Assembly: GCA_963803805.1 (NCBI GenBank)
Contig: CAWDOD010000011.1
Location: forward strand, 192,001 to 256,000
Direction: 5' to 3'
DNA: 64,000 nt
Source: an uncultured cyanobacterium
Lineage (GTDB): Bacteria > Cyanobacteriota > Cyanobacteriia > Cyanobacteriales > CAWCAG01
The notes beneath the pieces were generated by a model. The model was given only the letters and a program-made list of their open reading frames with translations, made no database searches and was not told the origin of the DNA. The position numbers were made by a program, and so were the translations under genes. Shown here one piece after another: positions 1 to 9,502 of the stretch. Positions within the stretch are counted from its first letter, which is position 1; every line of letters starts with the position of its first letter.

Positions 1-697
1 CTTGGCTACCTTAGTTAACTACAAAACTAGGGAACACTAGAGCAAGTAGTTAAGACAACAAACTTAGTAGAAATTGTGAGGGATTTTGAATTTTTTCATT
101 TACTTTTTTTAATTAGTTAATATACAATTAAGCTAATTGTGTATATAGCTATTTTCCTATAGTCGTATGTAGTAGCGTTCTATGCAGATTCAGTACTTTA
201 GTAAATTGCAACTTAAACTTTATCTTCTGCTGCCTATTCAATTTTGGCATGGAGAGATAAAAGCGACGCATCTACAATTCAAGTTTTTCCTAGCAAACTC
301 ATTTCTTAATTGTTAATGAGTTTATCAATTATCATTTCATTATTAAAATAGCCATCATTTTGGGGTATATCCCCATAAGTTTAAGCAGCTTAGCTATCAA
401 GCACTTAGATAGTCTATTGTGTCTGAGGACTAGGGAGTGAGGTTTACGTAGCGTAATCATAGGCTATAGGTAGCAAAAGTTTAAAATCCTTCTTTCAGGG
501 AAGATTAAGATAAAAATTCCCTGAAGCTTCCCAATTTAAAAGTAAATAAAGAAAAGACTGGCACTGTCGTTTGTCACTCAAAGTAACCAAAGAAATATTT
601 TTTTCTCTTTAGTCATCAGGTGAGCAATAAAAGGCAACTAGTAGCTATAAAAAACAACTAAATACTAAGCAGTTTCAAAAGGAAGGAAAATGGGGAA

Positions 698-1375
698 ATG
701 ATTGTTGGTAAAGATGCAGACAATAACGAATCATTCGTAGCACCAATTGAAGAAATATCAGAAATCAGAACATCTCAATTAAAGTTCACTAACCGGGAAT
801 TTTATCAAAGATTACCTCAGAAACCATTATTACTTCTGGGGGTAGGTTATTTCAGTTTAGGTCTATTACTAGGAGCTTACCAAGCACCTTGGTTAATTTG
901 GTTATTAACTGGGTTTAGCTCTTTACTAGGAATATTCAACAGCTATTTAACTTTTTTTGTCCCTATAATTGCTACTTTTTGTGTTCTTAGCTCTACTTCT
1001 ATGTCCATTGTTACTGTAGTAGTGGCGACAGTAATGGTCTTAGTCTTTCTTGGTTTGCTCTTTTCCCTTGACTTTGATATTACCAAAGCCTTAGAAGGAG
1101 GAGTTTGGATTGGGGGCTTAATTTCGGGAGTTTTATTGCTAACTGACTTGTTTTTTAATGGCATTGCTGCTTTTAGTGACAACCAGGAAATTTTTGCAGG
1201 TGCTGTTCCTCTGGGGATCGCTTTTTTAGTCGGCATTATCACCATTACCTTTGGTGCTGGTGCTTGGGTTCCTATGAGTTCTAAAGGTTTTGCTAAAAAG
1301 CAAACTTTACAAACTTTCGCTTTAGTCACCGGAATAAGCTTATTTCTCGGTTGGGGGTTAGAAATGCTTCTTTAG
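698..1375 (+). CDS. Hypothetical integral membrane protein
   Basis: 225-aa ORF with about 6-7 hydrophobic segments and a purine-rich RBS-like stretch upstream; no recognised motif. Confidence 0.7.
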   Translation: MIVGKDADNNESFVAPIEEISEIRTSQLKFTNREFYQRLPQKPLLLLGVGYFSLGLLLGAYQAPWLIWLLTGFSSLLGIFNSYLTFFVPIIATFCVLSSTSMSIVTVVVATVMVLVFLGLLFSLDFDITKALEGGVWIGGLISGVLLLTDLFFNGIAAFSDNQEIFAGAVPLGIAFLVGIITITFGAGAWVPMSSKGFAKKQTLQTFALVTGISLFLGWGLEMLL

Positions 1376-1534
1376 AGGGAAATTGGCGACCATAAGAACC
1401 AAAACTTGCCACGATGTTAAGGATTAATGCACAATTGCTGTCAAAGCAGCACAATAAGCTAAAATTCAGTCTCAAATGCTGGCTAATTTCTTAACTTAGT
1501 GTTTAAAATTTTGGTTTTATGAGGAGTCGCAACT

Positions 1535-2152
1535 ATGAAAAAAATTAAAGCTTCAGTCTTTCTCGCTGGCGCGTTAAGCTTAGGGCTAGCTTGGGAAGCT
1601 ACAGCTAGTGAAGTGAGCTTACAACCAACTAACACCCTGAACCCAGGATCAACCTCTACCTTGATAGCTCAAGGGTTTGAGGGGCAATGTCGCTTAACCA
1701 ATAGAACCACAGACATTTTTTCTCAGCCTTCAGTTGGCAATGCCTCTCAACGGGTAAGAATCTTAACCCCTGATAGTAGAGTAACGTTGGGTAGTGTAGT
1801 TAGCAATGGCTGGATCTCAGTTACTGCTCCGGTAGAAGGTTATATTATTGCTCGTTATTTAAAACCCTGCCCAGGGAATACTACAACTAATCCTCAGCCG
1901 ACAACTCCAGCCCCCACCGCTAGCGGTTCAGGTTGTCGTACTACTAACGTAGGCTTAATTATTCGTCCTCGTCCTATAGCTGGTTCTTTACCTTTAGTAG
2001 GTTCTGTAGCCGCAGGAAGCAATATTACTACTACTGGTGAAACTCAACAAGATAGTGTTGGTAGGACTTGGTATCGTATTTCCGCACCCCAAGCTGGCTG
2101 GGTTTCTGGCGGTGTAGGCAATAACAGTAACTTGACTAATTGTTCTAATTAG
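1535..2152 (+). CDS. Secreted protein with two SH3b-like domains
   Basis: Signal peptide MKKIK...AWEATA; two beta-rich repeats ending GWISVTAPVEGYI and WYRISAPQAGWV, joined by a Pro/Thr linker; GAGGAG RBS. Confidence 0.75.
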   Translation: MKKIKASVFLAGALSLGLAWEATASEVSLQPTNTLNPGSTSTLIAQGFEGQCRLTNRTTDIFSQPSVGNASQRVRILTPDSRVTLGSVVSNGWISVTAPVEGYIIARYLKPCPGNTTTNPQPTTPAPTASGSGCRTTNVGLIIRPRPIAGSLPLVGSVAAGSNITTTGETQQDSVGRTWYRISAPQAGWVSGGVGNNSNLTNCSN

Positions 2153-2222
2153 GGAATAGGGAAAGGGAATAAGGAACAGTATTATTAACTCATTACTTGT
2201 TACTTCTCCCTACTCCTCGTCC

Positions 2223-3560
2223 CTAATAAACATCATTGGTGGGATCAACAGCAGGATGTTCCAAGGGCATAACCAGAATTTTATCAACTCGATTACCATC
2301 CATGTCCATCACCTCTAAACGCAAATTTTCCCACTCAAAATGATCTGCGGCGGTAGGAATTCTGCCCAGGTGGGTGATCACAAATCCACCCAAAGTATGA
2401 TAATTACCTCTTTCTTCTCCTGGTAAGATTTTCAACTTAAATAAATCTCGAAAATCCTCAATGGGTAAAATGCCATCAACTAACCAAGAACCATCTTCCC
2501 TACGGGTAGCTTGAGGATTATCCTGTTCATCAACAGAAGGAATATCGCCAACAATGGCTTCCATGATGTCGTTAAGGGTTACTAAACCTTGGATCACTCC
2601 ATATTCATCAACCACCAAGGTAATATGGGTTCCTGTTTGCTTAAATAACTCCAAGACCTTTAATCCCCGCGTTGTTTCCGGGACAAAGAGGGGGGGGCGT
2701 AGGGAAGAAGTCAGATCAAAAGGTTGCCCAGCTAAACAGTTGGCAAGCAGGTTAGTTACTTGAACAACACCCAAAACATTATCTAGGCTGCCTTGACAAA
2801 CGGCAAAGCGGGTATGAATGCTATTAATAATTTTATGGCGATTAGTTTCAGAAGAGTCTTCTAGATCTAGCCAAACAATTTCCGGTCTAGGGGTCATCAA
2901 GGTATTAATTTCTCGATCTCCCAATTGCAAGACTCCTTCCACCATATCTTGTTCTGCTTCTTCAAACATACCCGCTTCAGTACCCTGTTTGAGCATTACT
3001 TTGATTTCTTCTTCAGTAATTAAAGGTTCTGAGTAAACTGTAGCTGTACCAAGAAGTTGCAGTACTAAATCTGTAGATAAACCTAATAAATGGACTATGG
3101 GAGCAGATAATTTCGCTAGATTACTTAATGGTAACGCTACACGCCTGGCAATACGTTCTGGTTCATTGAGGGCAAGACGTTTAGGAACTAATTCCCCAAT
3201 CACTAAAGAAAGATAGGTAATACACAAAACTACTATAACTAGAGCGATCGCTTCACTCTGTGGCTTCAGAAGCGGAAAACCTGCCAAAAAATCAGCTAGG
3301 CTTTCGGCGAGGGTAGCACCGCCCAAGGCTCCTGCAAAGATACCTATTAAGGTAATGCCAATCTGAACAGTAGAAAGGATTTGATTAGGATTGTTAGCCA
3401 GTTTTAAGGCTGCTTTAGCCTTGTAGTCTCCTTGGGAACTAAGTTGTTCTAAACGAATTTTACGGGAGGAGACAATAGCAATCTCTGACATAGCAAAAAT
3501 GCCGTTGGCTAAGATCAACAAAAGCAGTAAAAGAATATCGCTAGTGACGGAGAACATCAA
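2223..3560 (-). CDS. Hemolysin/CorC-HlyC family protein (CNNM/DUF21 + CBS pair + transporter-associated domain)
   Basis: NGIFAMSEIAIVSSR, GELVPKRLA, MTPR, VVDEYG and HTLGGF motifs. Confidence 0.92.
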   Translation of the reverse strand: MMFSVTSDILLLLLLILANGIFAMSEIAIVSSRKIRLEQLSSQGDYKAKAALKLANNPNQILSTVQIGITLIGIFAGALGGATLAESLADFLAGFPLLKPQSEAIALVIVVLCITYLSLVIGELVPKRLALNEPERIARRVALPLSNLAKLSAPIVHLLGLSTDLVLQLLGTATVYSEPLITEEEIKVMLKQGTEAGMFEEAEQDMVEGVLQLGDREINTLMTPRPEIVWLDLEDSSETNRHKIINSIHTRFAVCQGSLDNVLGVVQVTNLLANCLAGQPFDLTSSLRPPLFVPETTRGLKVLELFKQTGTHITLVVDEYGVIQGLVTLNDIMEAIVGDIPSVDEQDNPQATRREDGSWLVDGILPIEDFRDLFKLKILPGEERGNYHTLGGFVITHLGRIPTAADHFEWENLRLEVMDMDGNRVDKILVMPLEHPAVDPTNDVY

Positions 3561-3767
3561 TTTATTGACTCACAGAAGGTAACTATACTTACCTCCAGAT
3601 AAATGTGCTAGCTCTAGTATCTTTTATTCATCCCCCATTGTGAGCATCATCACGATTTTATATGGATTATTCTTAGGGATAAACTTCTCTAAATCCGTTA
3701 CAAAAGTTAAGATATATAGTAACTTAGAGCAGAGTGTCCCTTGGGGTTTGTTGCTGGAGATTAGAGA

Positions 3768-5474
3768 ATGCTGCGATTAGAACATATTAGTAAAATTTAT
3801 CCTACAGGTGAGGTTCTCAAGGATGTTACTTGGGAAGTGAAGCCAGGAGAAAGAGTTGGTTTAGTAGGAGTTAATGGCGCAGGAAAGTCTACTCAGCTCA
3901 AAATTATTACTGGAGAAACTGAACCTACTTCTGGGGAAGTGGTACGTCCGGGGAGTTTGCATATTGCTTATCTTACCCAAGAATTTGAGGTAGAACCTAC
4001 TCGTACTGTCAGAGAGGAGTTTTGGACGGTATTTACAGAGGCAAATCAGGTACAGCAAGCTATTGGGCAAGTAACTTTGGAAATGGAGACAGCCTCACCA
4101 GAGAAGTTAGAGAAATTAATTAATAAGTTAGATAAGTTACAGCGCCAGTTTGAAGCTTTAGATGGTTATGGTTTGGAGGCGCAGATTGAGAAGATTTTGC
4201 CAGAAATGGGTTTTAAGAGCGAAGATGGCGATCGCTTAGTTTCTTCTTTTAGCGGCGGTTGGCAAATGCGTATGAGTTTGGGGAAAATTTTACTCCAAAA
4301 CCCTGATGTTTTACTTTTGGACGAACCAACCAACCATTTAGATTTGGCAACTATTGAATGGTTGGAGACTTATCTTAAGTCTCTTAAAACTCCTATGGTT
4401 ATTGTTTCCCATGACCGGGAATTTTTAGATTGCCTCTGTACAAAAATTGTGGAAACAGAAAGGGGTGTAGCGACAACTTATCCAGGTAATTATTCAGCTT
4501 ATTTACAACAAAAAGAAGAAGCAAAATTAGCCCAACTAAGTACCTATGAACGGCAACAAAAAGAGCTTGAAAAGCAACAGGTATTTATTGAAAAGTTCCG
4601 GGCTAGTGCTACTCGTAGTACCCAAGCGAAAAGTCGAGAAAAGCAATTAGATAAAATTGAACGGGTAGAAGCACCAACTGCTGATTTAAGAGGCTTACGC
4701 TTTAAGTTTCCCCCTTCTTCCCGTAGCGGTAGAGAAGTGGTGGCAATTAAAGATTTAACCCATACCTATAATGAGAATATTCTTTTTGTTGGTACAGAAT
4801 TAGAAATTGAAAGGGGCGATCGCGTGGCTTTTTTAGGGCCTAATGGGGCGGGAAAGTCGACTATTTTAAGAATGATCATGGGCTTGGAAACCCCGGAAGA
4901 TGGTCAAGTCAACTTAGGAAAACATAATGTTATTCCCGGTTATTTTGAACAGAATCAAGCTGAAGCTTTAGATTTAAACCGAACAGTTATGGAAACCATT
5001 CACCATGAGGTTCCTGACTGGAAAAACGAAGAAGTTCGCCGTTTGTTAGGACAGTTTTTGTTTAGTGGTGAGACTGTATTTAAGAAGGTAGATGCTTTAA
5101 GTGGGGGAGAAAAAGCCCGTCTAGCTTTGGCAAAAATGCTCCTGCAACCAGCCAATCTTTTAATTTTAGATGAGCCTACTAACCATCTTGATATTCCCGC
5201 TAAGGAAATGCTCGAAGAAGCAATTCAAAACTACGACGGTACTGTTATTGTTGTTTCCCACGACCGTTATTTTATCTCCCAAATAGCTAACAAAATCGTC
5301 GAAATTCGTGATGGTGAGTTTCGCACTTACTTGGGAGATTATCACTACTATTTAGATAAAATTGCTGAAGAAAAAGAGGCAGTTAGGTTAGCTAAAATTG
5401 CAGCAGAAAAAGAAGCAAAGAAAAAAGCCAAAGCTGCCAAGAAGAAGACCAAAACAGCTTCTAAAAGTCGATAA
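3768..5474 (+). CDS. ABC-F family ATP-binding protein
   Basis: Two ABC cassettes (GVNGAGKST/FSGGW/LLLDEPTNHLD and GPNGAGKST/LSGGE/LDEPTNHLD) and no transmembrane domain. Confidence 0.95.
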   Translation: MLRLEHISKIYPTGEVLKDVTWEVKPGERVGLVGVNGAGKSTQLKIITGETEPTSGEVVRPGSLHIAYLTQEFEVEPTRTVREEFWTVFTEANQVQQAIGQVTLEMETASPEKLEKLINKLDKLQRQFEALDGYGLEAQIEKILPEMGFKSEDGDRLVSSFSGGWQMRMSLGKILLQNPDVLLLDEPTNHLDLATIEWLETYLKSLKTPMVIVSHDREFLDCLCTKIVETERGVATTYPGNYSAYLQQKEEAKLAQLSTYERQQKELEKQQVFIEKFRASATRSTQAKSREKQLDKIERVEAPTADLRGLRFKFPPSSRSGREVVAIKDLTHTYNENILFVGTELEIERGDRVAFLGPNGAGKSTILRMIMGLETPEDGQVNLGKHNVIPGYFEQNQAEALDLNRTVMETIHHEVPDWKNEEVRRLLGQFLFSGETVFKKVDALSGGEKARLALAKMLLQPANLLILDEPTNHLDIPAKEMLEEAIQNYDGTVIVVSHDRYFISQIANKIVEIRDGEFRTYLGDYHYYLDKIAEEKEAVRLAKIAAEKEAKKKAKAAKKKTKTASKSR

Positions 5475-5561
5475 GCTCTTTATTTAATCAAGCAGTTATT
5501 TTTTAAAATCAAGATATCGATATTTAAAAAATAGCTTTCTCTTATCCTATCTAATTGTAGA

Positions 5562-6573
5562 ACGTGAGTTCGACGGAGGAAAAAGAGAGAAAAGAAAAGC
5601 ATCAGAGGTATGCTGAAAATGAATCTTAATCAGAATCTGATGCTATGTCCAATATTGTATCTCGTCTCGATATCACCCAAATATTCTGTCAGGTAGATGA
5701 CTTTTATCAAAGGTTTGAGAGGCATTGGCAACAACAGCCAATGTTAACAGCAACTTGTGGAGAGCGTCTATGTCGCTCCCGCCTAAGCCTAAGCGAAGTG
5801 ATGACCATTGTCATTGCCTTTCATGGTTCGGGATTTCGCACTTTTAAAGAATTTTACACTCTACAAGTCTTGCCTTACTGGAAGAAAGCTTTTCCCAACT
5901 TGGTCAGTTACACTCGATTCGTAGAGCTAATGCCGTGGAGCTTAATGCTTCTTTGCTGTTTTCTACATACTCTTCGAGGAGAAATTACCGGCATCAGCTT
6001 TATTGATTCTACCCCCATTGAGGTCTGCCACCCGAATCGCTCCAAAAGCCACCGTGTTTTTGAAGGTTTGGTAGGTTGGGGCAAAAATGCTATGGGATGG
6101 CATTATGGCTTCAAGCTACATCTAATTATTAATGACAAAGGTGAGCTGCTTGCTTTCAAACTTACAGAGGGTAATACTGATGACCGTAACCCTGTGCCAG
6201 ATATGGCTGATGGCTTGATTGGTAAGTTATTTGGCGACCGAGGTTATATTTCTCAGGATTTGTTTGAGAAACTCTATGAACAAAGACTACAACTGATTAC
6301 ACACCGCAAGAAAAATATGAAGCCGAAGTTAATGCGTCTTCAGGATAAGATTCTCCTACGTAAGCGTTCTCTGATTGAGACTGTTAATGACCAGCTCAAG
6401 AATATCTGTCAGATTCAGCATTCAAGACACCGTAGCGTTTGGAATTTTTTGGTTAATCTCTTAGCTGGTCTAATCGCTTATACTTTCTTGCCCAAAAAGC
6501 CTTCCCTTGACCTTGACCCCAAAGGCCTAGCTGAACTTCCTTCTGCTGTTTTTTAACTTCATCGAACTCACGT
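5562..6573 (+). mobile_element. IS982-family insertion sequence, 1012 bp
   Basis: Terminal inverted repeats ACGTGAGTTCGA (5562-5573) and TCGAACTCACGT (6562-6573); 6-bp target duplication TGTAGA at 5556-5561 and 6574-6579; one transposase ORF. Confidence 0.93.
5645..6556 (+). CDS. IS982-family DDE transposase
   Basis: LSLSEVMTI, FIDSTPI, GWHYGFKLHL, FGDRGY and KRSLIETVNDQLK motifs. Confidence 0.93.
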   Translation: MSNIVSRLDITQIFCQVDDFYQRFERHWQQQPMLTATCGERLCRSRLSLSEVMTIVIAFHGSGFRTFKEFYTLQVLPYWKKAFPNLVSYTRFVELMPWSLMLLCCFLHTLRGEITGISFIDSTPIEVCHPNRSKSHRVFEGLVGWGKNAMGWHYGFKLHLIINDKGELLAFKLTEGNTDDRNPVPDMADGLIGKLFGDRGYISQDLFEKLYEQRLQLITHRKKNMKPKLMRLQDKILLRKRSLIETVNDQLKNICQIQHSRHRSVWNFLVNLLAGLIAYTFLPKKPSLDLDPKGLAELPSAVF

Positions 6574-6741
6574 TGTAGAGTTTCCATTTCTGTTAACTCT
6601 GGTAAACCTGTTGGCCATTCCTCAAAAAAATTAGGATCGCGGATACGTTGAGAATGCTTTGTTTGAGAGGATTGTTGAGGATACAAACTAATGCAGCTCT
6701 ATTTACTTGATAATATTTAAGATGCGATTGCTAAAAAAATC

Positions 6742-8088
6742 ATGAGTCAAGCTTCCCTCAACCCCGCTAAAATCACCAATGTTTTACCCAATTCCATCGC
6801 CGCAGAAGTTGGTTTTGAAGTTGGGGATGCTTTAGTGGCGATAAATGGCACTCGCCCTCGCGACTTAATTGACTATCAGTTTTTATGTGCTGATGAAGTA
6901 TTAGAATTAGAAGTTATTGATAGTCTTGGGGAGATTCATCAAGTTGAAATTGAAAAAGACTATGACGACGACTTAGGCTTAGAATTTGAAACCGCTCTTT
7001 TTGATGGTTTAATTCAGTGTAACAATCGTTGTCCTTTTTGCTTTATTGATCAGCAACCACCAGGTAAGCGAGATAGCTTATATCTTAAAGATGATGATTA
7101 TCGCCTCAGCTTTCTTTATGGCAGCTATTTAACCTTAACTAATTTAAGCGAGAAAGAATGGCAACGCATTGAAGCTATGCGCCTTTCTCCCCTTTATGTT
7201 TCTGTTCACGCCACGGAACCAGAAATACGCATCAACCTACTCAAGAATCCCCGCGCAGGGCAAATTAAAGCCCAATTAGCTTGGTTCCAGGAACGACGTT
7301 TGCAAATCCATGCTCAAGTGGTTGTTTGTCCAGGAATTAATGATGGTGTTCATCTTGAAAGAACCTTACTAGATTTAGCCTCCTTCCATCAAGGAGAAAT
7401 CCCTACCGTTGCTTCTGCTGCTGTTGTACCTGTGGGTTTAACTCGTTTCCGCCCCAACTTAACGGAATTAACCCCGGTGAGCCGTGATAAGGCAGCAGAA
7501 GTGATTAAGCAAGTAAAGCTTTTGCAAAGTAAGTTCCGCCAACAGTTAGGGACAAACTTTGCTTGGTTAGCTGATGAATGGTTCTTAATTGCCCAGGAAG
7601 AACTTCCCCCCACTTCCCATTATGAATCCTATCCTCAAATTGGTAATGGTGTGGGTTCGATTCGTCAATTTCTCCAGGAATTTCAAACTACAGCCAACGA
7701 GATGTTACCGAGTAAATTAGCTAAACCAAGAAAGTTGACTTGGGTAGTGGGTAATGCTGTTGAAAAAGCGTTTCAACCTTTGGTTCAACAATTAAATGAG
7801 GTAGAAGGATTAACAGTTAATCTTGCTGCAATGAATAGCGAATATTGGGGACAGGAAATAACTGTAACTGGCTTACTGACTGGAGAAGACTTATTAAAGA
7901 ATCTCCAAGGTAAAGATTTAGGTGAAGGAATTTTGTTACCTTCAGTAATGTTGAAACATGGCGATACTTGCTTTCTTGATGATTTAACTGTAGAGGAATT
8001 AGAAGCAAAATTAGCTGTAAAAATACTACCCGTTACTGGCATTGCTGAATTAATTACCAAGGCAACACGTTTGATAATTGATAATTGA
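6742..8088 (+). CDS. TIGR03279-family Fe-S/radical-SAM-like protein (PDZ + DUF512)
   Basis: N-terminal PDZ-like segment, CNNRCPFCF (CX3CX2C), KDDDYRLSFLYGSYLTLTN. Confidence 0.88.
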   Translation: MSQASLNPAKITNVLPNSIAAEVGFEVGDALVAINGTRPRDLIDYQFLCADEVLELEVIDSLGEIHQVEIEKDYDDDLGLEFETALFDGLIQCNNRCPFCFIDQQPPGKRDSLYLKDDDYRLSFLYGSYLTLTNLSEKEWQRIEAMRLSPLYVSVHATEPEIRINLLKNPRAGQIKAQLAWFQERRLQIHAQVVVCPGINDGVHLERTLLDLASFHQGEIPTVASAAVVPVGLTRFRPNLTELTPVSRDKAAEVIKQVKLLQSKFRQQLGTNFAWLADEWFLIAQEELPPTSHYESYPQIGNGVGSIRQFLQEFQTTANEMLPSKLAKPRKLTWVVGNAVEKAFQPLVQQLNEVEGLTVNLAAMNSEYWGQEITVTGLLTGEDLLKNLQGKDLGEGILLPSVMLKHGDTCFLDDLTVEELEAKLAVKILPVTGIAELITKATRLIIDN

Positions 8089-8090
8089 TA

Positions 8091-8717
8091 TCACCAAATT
8101 TTCGTCATTGGTAAGCAGAAACCTGGTAATTCTGGCTCACCACTAACTTGAGGGGGATTTTCTAATACTTGAGGCTCTTGATTCGGGCGATAAATATAAA
8201 CAGTACGATTTTGACGATCTATTAACCAACCGAGCAATACACCATTGTCAATGTATTCCTGCATCTTAGCTTGCAAACGGCTTAAGGTATCACTCGAAGA
8301 ACGCAACTCAATGACAAAATCAGGACAAATGGGTGCAAAAGAGGCTTTTTCCGGCTCCGTGAGAGCATCCCACCTTTCGGCTTGAATCCAAGCAGCATCA
8401 GGGGAACGAGTTGCACCATTGGGCAAAGTAAATCCTGCACTTGAGTCAAAGCCTAGCCCTGTACCATCTTTTTCTGTCCAAATGCCTAGCTGTAGGGCAA
8501 GATTAAAGTTGCGGTTTCCAGTGTCGGAAAAAGCGGGTGGCATAATTATAACTTCTCCACTGGTAGTTCTTTCGATACGGAGGTTGGGGTTAGCCTGACA
8601 AAAATCATAGAACTGATCGCGAGTCATGGGGGCGATCGCTGGCAAAGAAACTGTTAAGGGTGTTGTTTGAGTTTGAATGAGTAAGGTTGTTGTCATATTG
8701 TTATTTCCCCATGCCAA
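8091..8717 (-). CDS. Uma2 (DUF820) family PD-(D/E)XK endonuclease, copy 1; likely start ATG 8696
   Basis: GFDSSAGFTLPNGATRSPDAAW, PICPDFVIELRS, KMQEYIDNG...LGWLID. Confidence 0.92.
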   Translation of the reverse strand: MAWGNNNMTTTLLIQTQTTPLTVSLPAIAPMTRDQFYDFCQANPNLRIERTTSGEVIIMPPAFSDTGNRNFNLALQLGIWTEKDGTGLGFDSSAGFTLPNGATRSPDAAWIQAERWDALTEPEKASFAPICPDFVIELRSSSDTLSRLQAKMQEYIDNGVLLGWLIDRQNRTVYIYRPNQEPQVLENPPQVSGEPELPGFCLPMTKIW

Positions 8718-8728
8718 GAATTAATAAT

Positions 8729-8766
8729 TGATCATTGTTCGGCTTGCCTTTGCAGTTAGGCATCAT
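8729..8766 (-). repeat. Small double-hairpin dispersed repeat (SDR-like) flanked by CAATGA
   Basis: Reverse complement reads CAATGA-TGCCTAACTGCAAAGGCAAGCCGAA-CAATGA; a related copy lies at 39539-39574. Confidence 0.6.
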
Positions 8767-8778
8767 TGATAATTGATA

Positions 8779-9405
8779 TCACCAAATTTTCGCCATTGGT
8801 AAGCAGAAACCTGGTAATTCTGGCTCACCACTAACTTGAGGGGGATTTTCTAATACTTGAGGCTCTTGATTCGGGCGATAAATATAAACAGTACGATTTT
8901 GACGATCTATTAACCAACCGAGCAATACACCATTGTCAATGTATTCCTGCATCTTAGCTTGCAAACGACTTAAGGTATCACTCGAAGAACGCAACTCAAT
9001 GACAAAATCAGGACAAATGGGTGCAAAAGAGGCTTTTTCCTGCTCCGTGAGAGCATTCCACCTTTCGGTTTGAACCCAAGCAGCATCAGGGGAACGAGTT
9101 GCACCATTGGGCAAAGTAAATCCTGCACTTGAGTCAAAGCCTAGCCCTGTACCATCTTTTTCTGTCCAGATCCAGAGATGAGCAGCAAGATTGAAGTTGC
9201 GGTTTCCAGTGTCGGAAAAAGCGGGTGGCATAATTATAACTTCTCCACTGGTAGTTCTTTCGATACGGAGGTTGGGGTTAGCCTGACAAAAATCATAGAA
9301 CTGATCGCGAGTCATGGGGGCGATCGCTGGTAAAGAAACTGTTAACGGTGTTGTTTGAGTTTGAATGAGTAAGGTTGTTGTCATATTGTTATTTCCCCAT
9401 GCCAA
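8779..9405 (-). CDS. Uma2 (DUF820) family endonuclease, copy 2; likely start ATG 9384
   Basis: Same motifs as copy 1, with 8 amino-acid differences. Confidence 0.92.
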   Translation of the reverse strand: MAWGNNNMTTTLLIQTQTTPLTVSLPAIAPMTRDQFYDFCQANPNLRIERTTSGEVIIMPPAFSDTGNRNFNLAAHLWIWTEKDGTGLGFDSSAGFTLPNGATRSPDAAWVQTERWNALTEQEKASFAPICPDFVIELRSSSDTLSRLQAKMQEYIDNGVLLGWLIDRQNRTVYIYRPNQEPQVLENPPQVSGEPELPGFCLPMAKIW

Positions 9406-9502
9406 GAATGCCAGAAATAAAGTGTTTAATGTTTAATAATCAATGATAAATGACATAAATTGGTTTATGTTGGAAGCAATTTATACTTAGTTAAATCTTC
9501 CT

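Larger units (their letters stand above)
5480..6686 (-). pseudogene. Short gene relic interrupted by the IS; resembles the N-terminus of a common cyanobacterial protein family annotated as restriction endonuclease-like
   Basis: Removing the IS and one target duplication gives ...DPNFFEEWPTGLPELTEMETLQLDRIRESY..., ending at TAA (5480-5482). Family resemblance (FF.EW...LPELT..E...LDR) is from memory. Confidence 0.45.
8077..9409. repeat. Tandem direct duplication: 645-bp units at 8077-8721 and 8765-9409, period 688 bp
   Basis: Manual alignment gives about 18 substitutions and no indels; 43-bp spacer between units. Confidence 0.95.

Noticed and set aside
1-697. Long AT-rich stretch as a possible ncRNA or gene
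   Set aside because: No convincing ORF, structure or known RNA motif; probably a promoter region.
3579-3592. NtcA site GTA-N8-TAC upstream of the hemolysin gene
   Set aside because: A single 6-bp match in AT-rich DNA with no supporting promoter geometry or nitrogen-related context.
8071-8090. Fur box-like TGATAAT repeats
   Set aside because: They lie at convergent 3' ends and are explained by heptamer repeats.
8077-9409. Diversity-generating retroelement TR/VR pair
   Set aside because: The mismatches are not adenine-specific on either strand, the whole gene is duplicated, and no reverse transcriptase is present in the window.
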